A DNA stretch of 64,000 nucleotides from Felis catus. Taxonomy: Eukaryota. How positions within the stretch are numbered: the stretch's first letter is position 1; every line of letters begins with the position of its first letter. The position numbers and the translations under genes are program-made. Shown piece after piece: positions 50,181 through 63,182 of the stretch. The notes below the pieces were generated by a model, which was given only the letters and a program-made list of their open reading frames with translations, was not told the DNA's origin and did not search any database. The stretch is taken from contig NC_058368.1 in assembly GCF_018350175.1 (NCBI RefSeq), forward strand, positions 188,482,001 through 188,546,000, written 5' to 3'.

Positions 50181-51165
50181 TGCTGAGTATTTCAAACATT
50201 GTTTATATTTGTGTAAACTTGACACAAACTGTAATTGTGTATTTATCTCAAAAAAAATTGTTTAGTGACAGTCTGTCACTATATTGTAAGCTTCGTGAGG
50301 AAACAGACCATATCTGATTAATTCACCATTATATTTTTGGAGTCTAGCACTGATGTTGGCTAAAGCAGGTAATCAAATATGTGCTGAATGGATGAATATT
50401 AATGAAGAAAACATCACGTAATGAGAGCTTGTTATACAATAATACATATTATGCATAGAATACTGCATATCCATGAATGATGATAATTTGTATATGACTC
50501 TAGATGCACGGGAAAGTTCTGACATACACACTGAAATGTTAACAGTTCATGGCACCATAGGATGCACTCAGTATCTGTTAAATGAATGAATTAAAATTCT
50601 CTCTTGATGGCATCATAGAGGAAGTGATTTTCGTCTTGTTTATATTTTTCTATATTTGGATTTTGAAATGCAATAACTTTGCATTTTTTAAAAAATTCAA
50701 ATAAAAGAGATATATCCTTAACACATAATTTTATGCCTATCTTTGCAAGTCTTTTCTATGCTGTAGACGTTCGCCCATTTGTATGCACAGTTTATGTGTA
50801 ATTAAAAAAATAATTACAGATTTACAGGCAGTTGCAAAAAGGGAGATCATGTGCACCCTTCACTGAGTTTTTTTTCTAATGATTATGTCTTGCACAGCTA
50901 TACTGCAGTATCAAAACACTAACATTGGTACTTGTGTTTACATATAATTCTATGCCATGTGTTACACGTACAGATTCACATAACCACTACAGTCAAGATA
51001 CGGAACTCTTCCATCACCACAAAGATATCCTTGTGCTGCCCTTTGTACCCACCCACACCCCCATTCCTCCTCCCATTCCTAACCCTTGGTCACTAATTCG
51101 TTTCCCATCTTTATGCTTTTGTCATTTCTAGAATGTTATGTAAATGGAATCATACAATATATGCC

Positions 51166-51377
51166 TTTTTTAAAAATGTTCATTTATTTATTTTGAGAGA
51201 GAGAGTGAGCATGAATGGGGAAGGGGAAGAGAGGAAGGGAGAGAGAAGAATTCCAAGCAGTCTCTGCCCTGCCAGTGCAGAGCTCGACTTGGGGCTTAAA
51301 CTCACGAACCATGAGATCATGACCTGAGCCAAAATCAAGAGTCAGATGCTTAACAAACTGAACCACCTAGGCGCCCC
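51166..51377 (-). mobile_element. Can-SINE
   Basis: Reverse head ccacctaggcgcccc ends at 51377. Confidence 0.88.
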
Positions 51378-51907
51378 AAACATATGTCTTTAGAATTTTT
51401 TTTTTTTCATTCACTGTAAGACACTTGAGAGCTATTCAAACTATTGTTCGTAGCAACTCCCTTTTGTGGCTGAGTAGAATACCCTGGCATGGATTTACCA
51501 CAATTTGTCTATTTATTCACCAGTTTGGAAATTTTGGGTTTTTTTTTTTTTTTTTCAGTTTTTGGCTTTTACAAACAAAATAGACCATTTATAGGTAATG
51601 TAATTACTGATATGTTAACGCTTCAGTCTGCCAATTTATTGTTTGCTGTTCCTTCTGCTTTTGGTTTTTCTGTTTTCTTTTTCATGTCTTTCAGCTTGTT
51701 ACTTGAACACGATTTTACAATTCCGTTTTGATTTGTCTGTAATGTTTTCAAGTATATCTTTTTGTATAAATTTGCAATGGTTGCTCTAGGTATTACATTA
51801 TGTATACATAACTTATCACAGCCTACTGGAGATGGCGTTTTATTAGTTTGAGTGAAATATAAAAACCTTAACTCCATTTGAGTTTCTTTACTCTCCCCAG
51901 TTTGTAA

Positions 51908-52127
51908 TTTTTTTTTAAGTTTGTTTATTTATTTTGAGAGAGAGCACGTATGCAAATGTGCATGCATGGGAGCAGGTGAGGGGTGGAGAGAGTGAGAGAG
52001 AATCCCAAGCAGGCTACGTGCTGTCAGTGCAGAGCCCAATGTGGGGCTTTATCTCACAAACATGAGATCATGACAAGCCGAAATCAAGAGTCAGACACTT
52101 AACTGACTGAGCCACCCAAACACCCCC
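51908..52127 (-). mobile_element. Can-SINE
   Basis: T-tail, (GA)n, reverse head ctgagccacccaaacacccc. Confidence 0.85.
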
Positions 52128-53138
52128 AGAAATTTTTTCTTTAAATACTTCTTCAGGTCTACCCTCTTTCTCCTCTCCTCCCAGGACTCTAGTGGCACAA
52201 ATGTTAGATCTTTTAGTATAGCTCACAGGTCCTCAAGACTGTTAATTTTTTTTTTAATCCATTTTCTTTTTATTGTTCAGATTGGATCACTTCTATTATA
52301 TATCTTCAGGTTTACTGATTCTTCTGTACTCCTCTATTCTTCTGTTGAGCCCATCCACTAATTTAAAAAGTTTTTTACTTTAGGATATTGTAATCTTTCA
52401 GTTCTAAAATGTCTATCTGTCTTTTCTTTATGTCTTTCATTTCTTTGCTGAAACTTTTTATTTCAAGCATGTTCATAATTGTTTATTGAATCATTTTTAA
52501 TGCTGGCTGTTTTAAAATCCTTATCAAGTAATTCCAACATCTGTGTTCTCTCAGTGTTGGCATCTGTTGTCTTTCTCATCCAAATTGAGATTTTCCTGGT
52601 TGTTAGTATGAAAAGTACCTTTCTACTGTATCCTGAACATTTGGGGTATTACATTATGATACTCTGGATCTTATTTAAATCTTCTGTTTTATCAGGCCTT
52701 CTCTGACACCACAGAGTGGGGTTACGGGGATGACACCTTATAACTTCCTGGTCAGGGTATAAGTTCATATCCCCATTAGGCATTCTTTGTCACCCCATGT
52801 GACAAAGGGGTGTATAGGAGTGGGAGTTCAGGTTCTCCACCAGACTTCAACTGAAAGCCCCCATAGTTGGGAGGTAGAAGGATGCCTCATCGCTACTCCC
52901 CACATGGCCTCCACTGACATTATGGGAGATGGGGTTGCGGGAGGACCACATTTCCATTAGAAGATGGTAAAAGTTCTGGCTTCCCACTCAGCTTTCTCTG
53001 ACACTATCCTGGTAGAGGGTTGGGGTACCTCATTATAGTCTGGCATGAGTAAAAGTCTACATTTCCCACTGGGCTATTGCTTACAGGGGTGGGGGTGGGA
53101 CCACCACTTTTTCTGATACTTGGTTGGAGTATGGCAGT

Positions 53139-53692
53139 ATGTTGAGCGTCTCCAAGAATACTCTCATGTTCAGTGATACAGCAGGAGTACTCACAGGACT
53201 CAATGTACAGTTGTATTCCTCAATGATACTTTCAGTAAATGTTACAAAGCATAATCAGCAAAGGAAAATTTTTGTGGAGTGAAGTCTAGAGGAAACCAGG
53301 CACAAGATTCTAAGAGTTCTCCCCCAGTAGAATTGCCCAGGATGCACTTAATTTTTCCATCAGTGAATTGTGAGAATGGGTATAACGTGTTGTCTTCCAG
53401 GGAAGTTCATTAGAAACTCAGTGCCCAAGGTTTTTTGGTCTGGTCATATGGGTACCCACTGCTTAGCACCAATTCCAGACCCTCAAAAGGAAAGCAGATG
53501 TACAGTTTAAACCCTATCATTTGCATGAACAGTCAAGGCACAGTGAAGCATCTGTATCATTTAAGGAAAGTTTAATAATCGGTGTCGGGAACTGTTTTTA
53601 TCAGTGAAGTTCCCAGAGGCTAGCCAAAGGCCCACCTTGCAAGCAGGACGTTCTATGGCTCAGGCCTCTCAATGTTAACCTTTTTCTGCATG
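53139..53692. mobile_element. ERVL LTR (MER77-like)
   Basis: actcacaggactca...atcagcaaagg...gaagtctagaggaaaccaggcacaag...cagggaagttcattagaaactcagtgccc...ccaccttgcaagcagg resembles the recalled MER77 consensus. Confidence 0.55.
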
Positions 53693-54279
53693 AGTGGTTA
53701 TTAACTGAATGTTTCTTTCTTGCTAGGCTCTTCCTTTCCTGGTGCTTTGTCTAGAGAGAGCAGGCTTTTGGGGCCTTTTTTGTGTCTGAGCCTGCTGGCA
53801 TTTCTAGGGTGCCTGCATCTCCAGCACCCAGTCTGAGAAATATGAAGCAAAAAGAAAACCCAGGGAATTCACTGCCATGTCTTTCAAGGTAACTAGCCAA
53901 TCTGCCTTTTCTCCATCTTTTCAGAGTTTTCATGTATTTGTTTCATAATTCCATCCGGGGTTTTTAGTTGTACTTAGCAGGAGGGATGGGGAGAAGTGCA
54001 GCTACTCCACCTCGTCCCAGACCTGGAAGTCTCTGCATTACTTTTAAAATTAGGAAAAAAGTGAGTTTTAAAATTTTCATTATGTTCATTGAAAACAAAA
54101 TATGTATATTACATAGATTTAATTGATTTTATTGAATTAAGAACGCTTAACCTGAGATCTATCCTCTTATAAAAAGTACCATATGTTATTGTTAACTATG
54201 GGCACAAAGTTGTATGGTAGATCCCTGGAACTTAGTTTTAAGCCTGAAATCGGTAGGCTTAGTTTAAATAGAGGGTCAA

Positions 54280-54520
54280 GGGGTGCCTGGGTGGCTCAGT
54301 CAGTTAAGTAAGTGTCTGACTCTCTGATCCACTCAGCTCATGACCTCACGGTTTTGTGAGTTTGAGCCCTGCATCGAGCTCTGTGCTGACAGTGCAGAGC
54401 CTGCTTGGGATTCTCTCTGTCTCTCTCTCTCCCCCTCTCTCTCTGCCCCTCCCCTGCTCATGCTGTCTCTGTCTCTCTCAAAATAAGTAAATAAACTTAA
54501 AAATAAATAAATAAATAAAT
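54280..54520 (+). mobile_element. Can-SINE
   Basis: ggggtgcctgggtggctcagt head, CT tract, (TAAA)n tail. Confidence 0.9.
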
Positions 54521-57500
54521 AAATGGTCTAGAAATTACCAACTATAGGGGAAAAAAATCATGACTTGATTGCACTTATTCTAATAGTAAAGTTTATTTCT
54601 CCCAATAATGAAAATAATGTGTATTCATTATAGAAAATTGATTTTACTTTATTTAGTAAATGGAATGAAAATGTTAAAGTCAATAAAAATTACAGGGTGA
54701 CAGAAGATCCAGATTCATTTAACTTTGCCATCATTTTATAGGGAAAATATCAAGAGGAGAAATTTTCCTATAGTTGAAACAGGCCCCCATAGATGGCCTT
54801 ATAGCCAGTTTTCCATGCCCAGTGTTAACTGCAAAACTTGTGCTTCTTGTATATATCCAAAGTTGTGCATTGGAGGTTGTATCTTTTCAGTTGTGGGAGA
54901 AATAATTACAAATGTCCCTATCCACAAATTCTAGACTAATGAACTATTTCTGAAATGAAAATTTTAGTATAATATATTGCTAACTAATCAACATTCAATT
55001 TGAAATCTTAAACAAGAACATCAAATTGTTATTATGTTGCAGCATTTCACATTATAATGGCAATTTCATTTATTTGTTTTCTTTATCCATGGTGACTCAT
55101 AAGTGTATAAATTAATATCTCCCATTCTTTAAGAAATATTAATGAAATGTCTAGACTGTTACAATTTAAACATTTACAGCATGACAAAGCAAGCTTTGAT
55201 CACCAACAAGCTATCTGTAATGAATAGGCTACCATTATTTTATTCATTAGATTTCCAGTTGTGAGGAAACATTTCTTTAGCAATGTGTTTATGTCCAAAG
55301 AGCATTAGATAGGGTTCTAATGCAGCCTTGCCTAAAATTATCGTCCTCGAGGTGATCAATTTCTCCTGACCTCAGTCCCTGTTTATAAAAATGAGTTTAC
55401 TGAATAATCAAAAGATTTTTTTTAATTCTATATTTCAGAATCTCTAGGGTTTCATTCAGTAGTTCCCAAATAACAGTGTGTAGACCTGTGACATAGTTTC
55501 CATCAGTTTTCCACTTGCAAAATGACAAATAAAAAGATCATGTAGTACATTGGAAAAATCATGTTCTTTCTTTTTATTGAAACTAGTATTGCCTCTCTCT
55601 TGTTCACATTTATCTTTGCTGGAATTTCCAGAGCTTCATTATTCCCATTGAAATAAACTTCACAGAGAATTTACATTTAGTACTTAGAATTTCATTGATA
55701 ATGTGAAAGTGGTACTGTTTTTGATGCTGTATAAATATTACTTCAGATGATTTGTTGTGAAATATTTTTCCTGATTTTAAATAATGGAAACTTAATCAGG
55801 CTGGGTTGAGCCAAAAAGATGGGGCTGGGGAGGAAGGGAGGCATCAGGAGGGCATGGTACCTGACCTAGGGAATTCGTTGAGTGTTGTTGAAGCAGGAGC
55901 CAAGGCAAGTTTAAGGTCATCAACAATAAATCTACAGACCTTATTTACCCCTAGAGTACTGCTATGAATATGACTCTGACTCCCAGTCTATCACTCAGCT
56001 CCAAATCCCCAAGTCCTGAGATCCACTCTTACTGGCCTAACTAGGTCACATTGATTCTGGACCCATCAACTCCTCAAAGTGCATCAGGTTCTGCCTGAGC
56101 CTGCCCCTGTCTCCTGGGGAGGGTTCTTAGAGAAGAGGCCTCTCTGTAAGGCCAAGCAGCCACTCCTCAGGTGTCCTCTACATTGACAGTTAATGGTGTT
56201 AATTCTCTTCCTGACAGCTCTCAGTATTACTTTTTCTCTTCTTAACATTTTAGCTAATTCAGTGTTCATTTATCCACTCTTTTGTTTAACGATAATCACA
56301 TCTTATCAATAAACAAGTCATTCATTTTCTTTTTCTCCATCCATGTCGCAGCTCTTCAGATTTACATTAACTTTAAATTTTGCCACCTACAAATTTATTT
56401 TATGCCATCACTATTACTAGCCTTTATAAGAAGTATTAAACAGTTCCAAATTAGTTCATGGTTCTCAAATATTGAAATGTTTCATAATTTAAATTAATAT
56501 GAATCCATTAATTTTTTTCTTAAACTTGCTCCCTCTGGATTTGATTACATTTTAAGAACTCCAATTATGACACTAGTCAAGATTATTATTCTCCTTTTGG
56601 TATAGTGAATCTAACCTGTAACTTTTTTCTCTTCACTGCTTTCCACCATAATATTTCTAATTGGCAGTAATCATGATAACCGCTGTTATTTATTCATGCA
56701 AGCACCATAGATGTGTTATTTCATTTAATTCTCACAACAGCCTTGTGGATGTTAGGTTAAAATTTTTTTGTCCCAAAACACAAAAAAGGGCAAACTCTGC
56801 ATTCTGCATTTGGCCCATGGTTTGAGAAAATCATTGGCAGCAGTCTGTTTAAAACTAGAATCTGTTGCTTGGTGCTCTACCTCTGACCTTGGTTTAACTC
56901 AATTTCTGCTTCCTCAACAGGACTGGGGAATGCAGCTTCAGGACTCCAACAGCATATCACTGACATTGCTTTTTACATGTATTGATTTGTATTTCCAATC
57001 AATGATTAGCACATCTGATGTCTGATACCATTCCCTCCAGAGGTCTTCTGTAACAACTGATATGGACATGATACTTTGATGACAATGTTACTGGGGAGTT
57101 TAAGTTAAACAATTGAAATACTATCTTCAGACTATCTAGAAACAGAGAAAATGACATTCACTTTTAAATAAATTTATAAACACTATCTTAAAAATTACAG
57201 TTCTGCTGAGCTTCCATTTGAGCAATTGTGTAATCACATAATGACAGGAGAAAGACTAAAGAAGAGCAAATTGAAAAATAGTTTAGGAGACAAAATTATT
57301 ATGTTTTCCTGGATCAGTAGAAGAGACTTGTTTAATAGCAATATCAAAAATAATATACTTTTTGTAGAAATTGAATAAAATGGAAGCAATTTACTAACAA
57401 AACTCCTATTTATGTGATGTATATTTATGAAACATTGTCCTGAGAACTGTAATTCTATAATGTTTCCATTTGAGCACTTGTATACCACTTAACTAATAGC

Positions 57501-57619
57501 AATAAAACTAAAAAGAGAAAACACTGAAAATTATTTTACTAGGCAAAATTCTTGCTGTGTTCCTGGATTATTTTAGTGGACTTGTCAACAATGACGACAA
57601 AAATACTGTAAAAACCATA

Positions 57620-59290
57620 CCTACAAATAGCATAAAATGGAAACAATTTCCTTTTAAGAATCATGTTTAAATAATATACAGTAATAAAACAGTGTCTTAA
57701 GAATTATAATTCCATCTTCCATTTGAGGCATGGAATGATCACTTAATATAGGTGAAACTAGGAGAAAATATCAAAAGTTACGTTAGAAGAAAGCAAAAAT
57801 GCATTTTTCTTATGATTCTGATCTTTAGAAATAGGCTCATTAGAAGGCTAGACCAATTCTGAAGGTGCCTCACTTCTGCTTTAATGTTGTGTGAACAGAA
57901 AAACCAAAATCCAGCACTTGTTTAGAGATGTTTCTTGTTGCCAATGAAGAATGTGCTGGGCCAAGGACATCCCTCTGTGGAAAAGATTCTTGAGAGGTCC
58001 AAACTGGCTTTCCAGAGAAAAGAACATGACAGGAGGTTCTCTTGTCAGGAACTATTTCCTGGGACCCATCTGTGCTATCTGACCTCTGACAGGAGGATGA
58101 CTTAGAACAACAGAGCCCAGGGTCAGCTGCCTTCCATTCAGGTGAGAGGATTGAATCTGGCATAATTAAATGACCAAGGTCATCCATGGTGTCATTCCTA
58201 TTGGCCTGTATTTCTGCAAGTGCATGTCTTAGAGTTGTCAAAAGAAGGTCTTGAGGATCCTCCAGCACGGAGAGCACCAGAACAACTTGTCTTGCTGTTG
58301 TGGAGGAAATGCTGTGTCAGGATGCAGTCGGCCTGAGGACTGTGGTCCACACAGGCACAAGATCCTGGATCTTCAAGCCATCCCAACTTAATGGACCTCT
58401 TTCCTTGCACCAGGGAGTTTCAGCAGCTCCTGAGCCTCTGCCAAATGCCCATTTTGGGACATCAGGGACATAAAGATACTTTTTGCAAAGTCGAGATTTA
58501 AATTCTTCCTAAATCACTTATTTCTCTGAAGTATGGATTTGATTTACCAACGTTTTTTTCAGCCAACAGATATCTCACCAAATATAAGCCTTTTTCCCTC
58601 ATGATAGTTGATAATCAAAGACCCAATGGTTCTTTCTGATTTTAAAAAAAAATTTTTTTTAATGTCTATTTATTTTTGAGACAGAGGAGACAGAGCATGA
58701 ACAGGGGAGGGTCAGAGAGAGAGGGAGACACAGAATCTGAAACAGGCTCCGGGCTCCAAGCTGTCAGCACAGAGCCCAATGCGGGGCTCGAACCCACGGA
58801 CCATGAGATCATGACCTGGGCTGAAGTCGGACGCTCAACCGACTGAGCCACCCAGGCGCCCCGTTCTTTCTGATTTTCTAAAAGGATTTGGCTTGTATTC
58901 TATAAGTATCCACATCTTCACATGCATAAAGGATCTTTTCATCTGCTATGGACAGATTCTTTTCTTCCTTTCCATAGTAAATCACTTACTATGATTTACT
59001 TACTATGAAGTGGACTGCTTTATAGTCCATTTCCTTCATTGGTACAGTTTAGAAATGACTTTAAGTTTCTGCTGAAACTCTGGAATCTCACTTTAAAACT
59101 GGATCTCTCTGACTGCAATGAAGCTTGTGAGTTTTTGTGACTAATATGATTTGTAAGTACATTTAGTGTTTTTACTTCTTCAGATAATTCAGTGTATATT
59201 TGGCTGCTTTTTTTTTTCTTTAATTGGCTTTAAAGACATATTTACTTTAGCTACATAAATCCGTTTTTTTCAGAACTCCATTAGGCTAAC
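57620..59290 (-). pseudogene. Processed (intronless) pseudogene of cTAGE5/MIA2 (MEA6), 5'-truncated, with many stops and frameshifts; ends approximate
   Basis: Collinear minus-strand peptides match recalled cTAGE5: QIYTELSEE..SQASLQSE, FQQKLKVISKLYQ, KEEKNLSIADEKILYACEDVDTYRIQAK, DVPKWAFGRG, HPDTAFPPQQQDK, RNDTMDDLGHLIMPDS, SQESFPQRDVLGPAHSSLATRNI, RSEAPSELV*PSNEP. An AT-rich 3'UTR-like tail follows. No introns between these blocks. Confidence 0.85.
58644..58862 (-). mobile_element. Can-SINE inserted into the cTAGE5 pseudogene
   Basis: Perfect TSD GTTCTTTCTGATTTT at 58629-58643 and 58863-58877. Confidence 0.95.
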
Positions 59291-59605
59291 ATAAGTAAAT
59301 CTTCATGGCCTTGGATTAGGCAATGGTTTCTTAAATATGATACCAAAAGCATCAGCAACAAAAGGAAAAATTGTTAGGTCACATTTCCCAAAAAGTAAAA
59401 ACTTTATGCATCGAAGGATATTATCAAGAAAGTGAAAAGACATTCCACAAAATGTGATAAAATATTTGAAAATCCTGTACCTCAGAACCAAAGCATACCT
59501 ATCTTATCCTTTGTGGGATATACAAAGAACTCTTACAACTCAACAACTTAAAGACAACTCAATTACAAATGGGCAAAGGATCTAAATATTTCTCCAAAGA
59601 AAGAT
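59290..59605 (+). mobile_element. L1 ORF2 C-terminal fragment
   Basis: aatcttcatggccttggattaggcaatggtttcttaaatatgataccaaaagca...aagaactcttacaactcaacaac...aaatgggcaaaggatctaaatatttctccaaagaa. Confidence 0.8.
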
Positions 59606-60227
59606 TGAGTCTCTCTTATAATATCAGCCCTCAGCTCAACTTGCTCCAAGTGCTTTGATAGCTCTTCAAAGTCTCTCTTATAGCCCCAAGTGAAGAGTTG
59701 GATATTTCCAGGTATTTATGAATGGCCACAATTTTTGTATTGATGATTTTGGTCTCAAGTCTGGTTTACGTTAAAGAAGAATGAGAGCCTCCAGATTGTC
59801 TCAGAATAAGGCTCATTTTCTAAAAATATTGATGTCTTTTCTTCACAACAGCAGAAACTCCAATGGGCAGGGGTTTTTTTTTGTTTTTATTTGCATAAAA
59901 TTATATTTTTAATAAAAATCTATGACTGGAAATACCATTATATTTCACAGCTACTGGTGGGGCTCTGTGAGAAGCACTGTTCTCATTAACTCTTTCTTAT
60001 TCTTCAGCTATCAGCTCAAATGCCCTTTCCTCATGTAGGCTTTTGTGAACTCACAGACTAGGTCAGGTACTTGATTATGAACTCCAGAGAAACATAATCC
60101 TTTCCTTAAACTTACAGTTCATAATCACATTCCCCATTTCCACCTAGAAACAGCCATCGTCCTGAATTTGGTGTTAAGCATGACCTTTTTTTAAAGGTTA
60201 ATACATAGGTATATACCTCTAACATGA

Positions 60228-60445
60228 GGGGCGCCTGGGTAGTTCAGTCGATTAACCATCGATTTCTGCTCAGGTCATGATCTCCCAGTTTGTGAGTTTG
60301 AGCCCCGTGTTGGGTGGGCTCTGTGATGACAGCTCAGAGCCTGGAGCCTGCTTTGGATTTGGTGTCTCTGCCCTCTCTCTGCCCTGCCCCTACTCCTGCC
60401 GTCTTTCTCTGGTTCTCAAAAATAAACCTTAAAAAAAATTACAAA
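60228..60445 (+). mobile_element. Can-SINE (first of a tandem pair)
   Basis: ggggcgcctgggtagttcagtc head and A tail. Confidence 0.88.
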
Positions 60446-60447
60446 AT

Positions 60448-60660
60448 GGGGTGCCTGGGTGGCTCAGTTGGTTAAGCACCTGACAGGCTCAGGTCATGAT
60501 CTCGCAGTTCTTGAGTTTGAGCCCCATGTGGGTCTCTGTGCTGACAGCTCAGAGCCTGGAGCCTGTTTCGGAGTCTGTGTTTCCCTCTCTCTCTGCCCCT
60601 CCCCCCACTCATACTCTGTCTCTCAAAAATAGATAAATTATTTAAAAAAATGTTTTTAAT
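60448..60660 (+). mobile_element. Can-SINE (second of the tandem pair)
   Basis: gggtgcctgggtggctcagtt head directly after the previous tail. Confidence 0.88.
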
Positions 60661-60669
60661 TAAAAAAAT

Positions 60670-61830
60670 GTTATTCAGGTTTGTCTATTAAGCTACATCA
60701 ATTAAATCACATATGGCATTCTGTGATTACTTTCACACTGTTATGGGATTCGGCCATTTTATGTGTGTGCTTGTATTAATTTTCACTGCTGTATTAAAAA
60801 TCCGTGACATAGATACATCACAATTTTATCATCCATTTTATTGCCAATAGAAATTTGAATCTGGCCAAAGTTTTTGCCTATTGGGACTCTTATAAGCCAT
60901 TTTACATTGGAGTTTCTTATAGTGTCTTTTGCTTCATGTGTGCACAGATACTTTAATTTTATCTTTAGGAACAGAATTGTTTGGTATATGATCCGTGCTT
61001 ATATGACCCTACCAGGGGATGGTAAATTGCTTTCCAAAGTTATGCCAAATTATATCTCCATGAGGAATATATGAGTTTGCCCTGCTCGATACTTTTTTTT
61101 TAATTAATTAATTTATTTAGAGAGAGCACTCGCGTATGTGCAAATTGGGGAGGAACAGAGAGAGAGGAGAGGGAGAGAATCCCAAGCAGCCTCCACACTG
61201 TCACTGCAGAGCCTGACACATGCCTTGAACTCAGGAACCGTGAGATCATGACCTGAGCTGAATTCAAGAGTTGGACGCTCAACCGACAGAGCCCCTACCT
61301 GGCTTTACATTCTTGTCAAAACCTTAGTACTGTGTCATTTTTACATTTGTGCTAGTCTAGTGAGTTGAAATGATTTCTCATTATGGTTTTAATTTTCACT
61401 TCCCTGACTACTGATGAGATTAAGCTTTTTTTTTCCATTTCTGGGCATTTGGATTTCTGTTTCTGTCAAGAATCTTTTTGCTTATTTTCTGTATGGTTGT
61501 TTGTCTTTTTCTTAGTGGTTAGTAGGAGTTATAGATTCTGGATACTAATATTTTGTGCATTATATGTGTTGTGACTATTTTCTTCCAGTTATGCTTTTCA
61601 TTTTCATTCTCTTTATCATGTCTTGTTGAACAGAAGTTCTTAATTCTGAGTATGTTTAATGTTTTACCTTTTGCTTTATGGATTGCTCTTTTTGTATCTT
61701 CTATAAGAAATTTTTCCCTAGCACAGATCAGATATTCTGTATTTTATTTTGAAGCTTCCAAATTTTTACTATTTATATTTGATCCATGGAAATTAAATTT
61801 TGATTGTGGCATTAGCTAGGAATCCATTTT
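60670..61830 (-). mobile_element. Ancient L1 (L1ME-like) 3' fragment interrupted by a SINE; approximate
   Basis: tatggttttaattttcacttccctgactactgatgagattaagc...tatagattctggatacta...gaacagaagttcttaattctg. Confidence 0.55.
61093..61300 (-). mobile_element. Can-SINE
   Basis: gagatcatgacctgagctgaattcaagagttggacgctcaaccgac; T tail. Confidence 0.85.
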
Positions 61831-63182
61831 TACATGGGCTTGTTTTTCTCTTGTGTAAAACAAGTCTGAAGATAGCAATCTAGCAATTTTACTCCAAGGT
61901 GTTAGAAAGAGACTATTGGACAGACGCACCAGGAATCATATGAACAAGTTAATTATAACATAAGAGCAGCAACAACAATAAAAAATCTGGAAATAACAAG
62001 GAATTTAATGTGGAGAACTAGTTTTAGAGCTTTGGCAGAGCTGAAAATAAGGTGAGGCATCTCAGAAATCGACAACTGCAGGGAACTGCTGCCATGTCTA
62101 GGAAAGAAGACAAAAGGAAGAGCTATAGTATGATTGGAGCCCAGGAACCAGGGTATGTGGCAGGACCCAGAAGTTAGAGGAGGAGCCTCCAGCACCACTG
62201 GATGGACTGTGCAGCCAGAGCTGGAGCCATGGTAGAGTGTGACCAGCAAGAACTGGACTATGGAGTAGACGCAGTCACTGCCTGAGATGGTGCCCTCTAG
62301 TCTACCATCTGTGCCTCTATTGGCCAAACCTAACCAGAAGCCAGTGGCCAAGACATCCGAGAAATGTGGGCTACCAAGGTCAGCATCCTGTGATATAGAT
62401 GTAAGCAGGGAAGGTCAGGGAATGGATTTGAGCACTAACAGACCAGTGACAGGCATAAGACACTCTCACATCTGGCCCTAATGTACCTTCCTTCTCTCAT
62501 TTCTACCACTCCTTTCTCTCTTGTTTTGTCTCAGCCATGTCAAGTTATTGGATATTTCCAGGCTATGCTATGTATATTCCCATTCTTTGGCTCTTTATTC
62601 AAACCATCCCCTCAGCTTGGAATTCTTCCTTGTCTGCCTTGAAGTCTTACTCATCCTTCCAAGTATTAGTTTATGTTCTCATCCTTGAAACCTTGAAACC
62701 TTTCCAGTCACATTCGTAAGTTTCTCACCCTCCAAATACCCTTTAAGTATTTGGGTCCCTAAGATTCTGTCCTTGATCCTCTTTTAGCTCATGTCACTGG
62801 GTGACCTTAGTGGCTGATTTCGTCCACCCCCATGACTCTCAACTTCCACTTAAGTAGTGATGATTCACAAATTGTGTCTTTCCTAAATGCCAGACCCACA
62901 TATATAGGTACTGATTAGACATTTCCACTTGCCTTTTTTATAATGCCTGATTCCGTATGTCTGAAACTTAACTACCGAACTCCCTCTCCCAGTATATATG
63001 TACTATATTATATTCAATTGCCCATGGGCCATATTTAGAAATCACCCAGTGCTACTCCTTTCTTATGATCCCTTCCCCAGTTATAATCAATCATACCAAA
63101 TCCTGTCAATGCTACCTCATTTACATCTCTCAAAGATGCACTCTAAAACTTTGGAAACATATATTAAAAGTCTTAAAGATAA

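Larger units (their letters stand above)
50800..54030 (-). mobile_element. Patchwork of ancient L1M fragments interrupted by SINEs and an LTR; boundaries approximate
   Basis: L1 3'-like segments (cataaccactacagtcaagatacggaac; ttatgtaaatggaatcatacaatat) and ORF1/5'-like T-rich reverse segments (ttgttcagattggatcacttctatt...ttgagcccatcc). Confidence 0.5.

Noticed and set aside
57870..58277. 135-aa ORF as a novel functional protein
   Set aside because: It begins at a non-ATG codon and is the residual open part of the decayed cTAGE5 retrocopy, surrounded by in-frame stops and frameshifts.
58880..58980. RGS-domain-like reading of ILYACEDVD
   Set aside because: Only a superficial motif resemblance; the flanking peptides fit cTAGE5 collinearly and much better.
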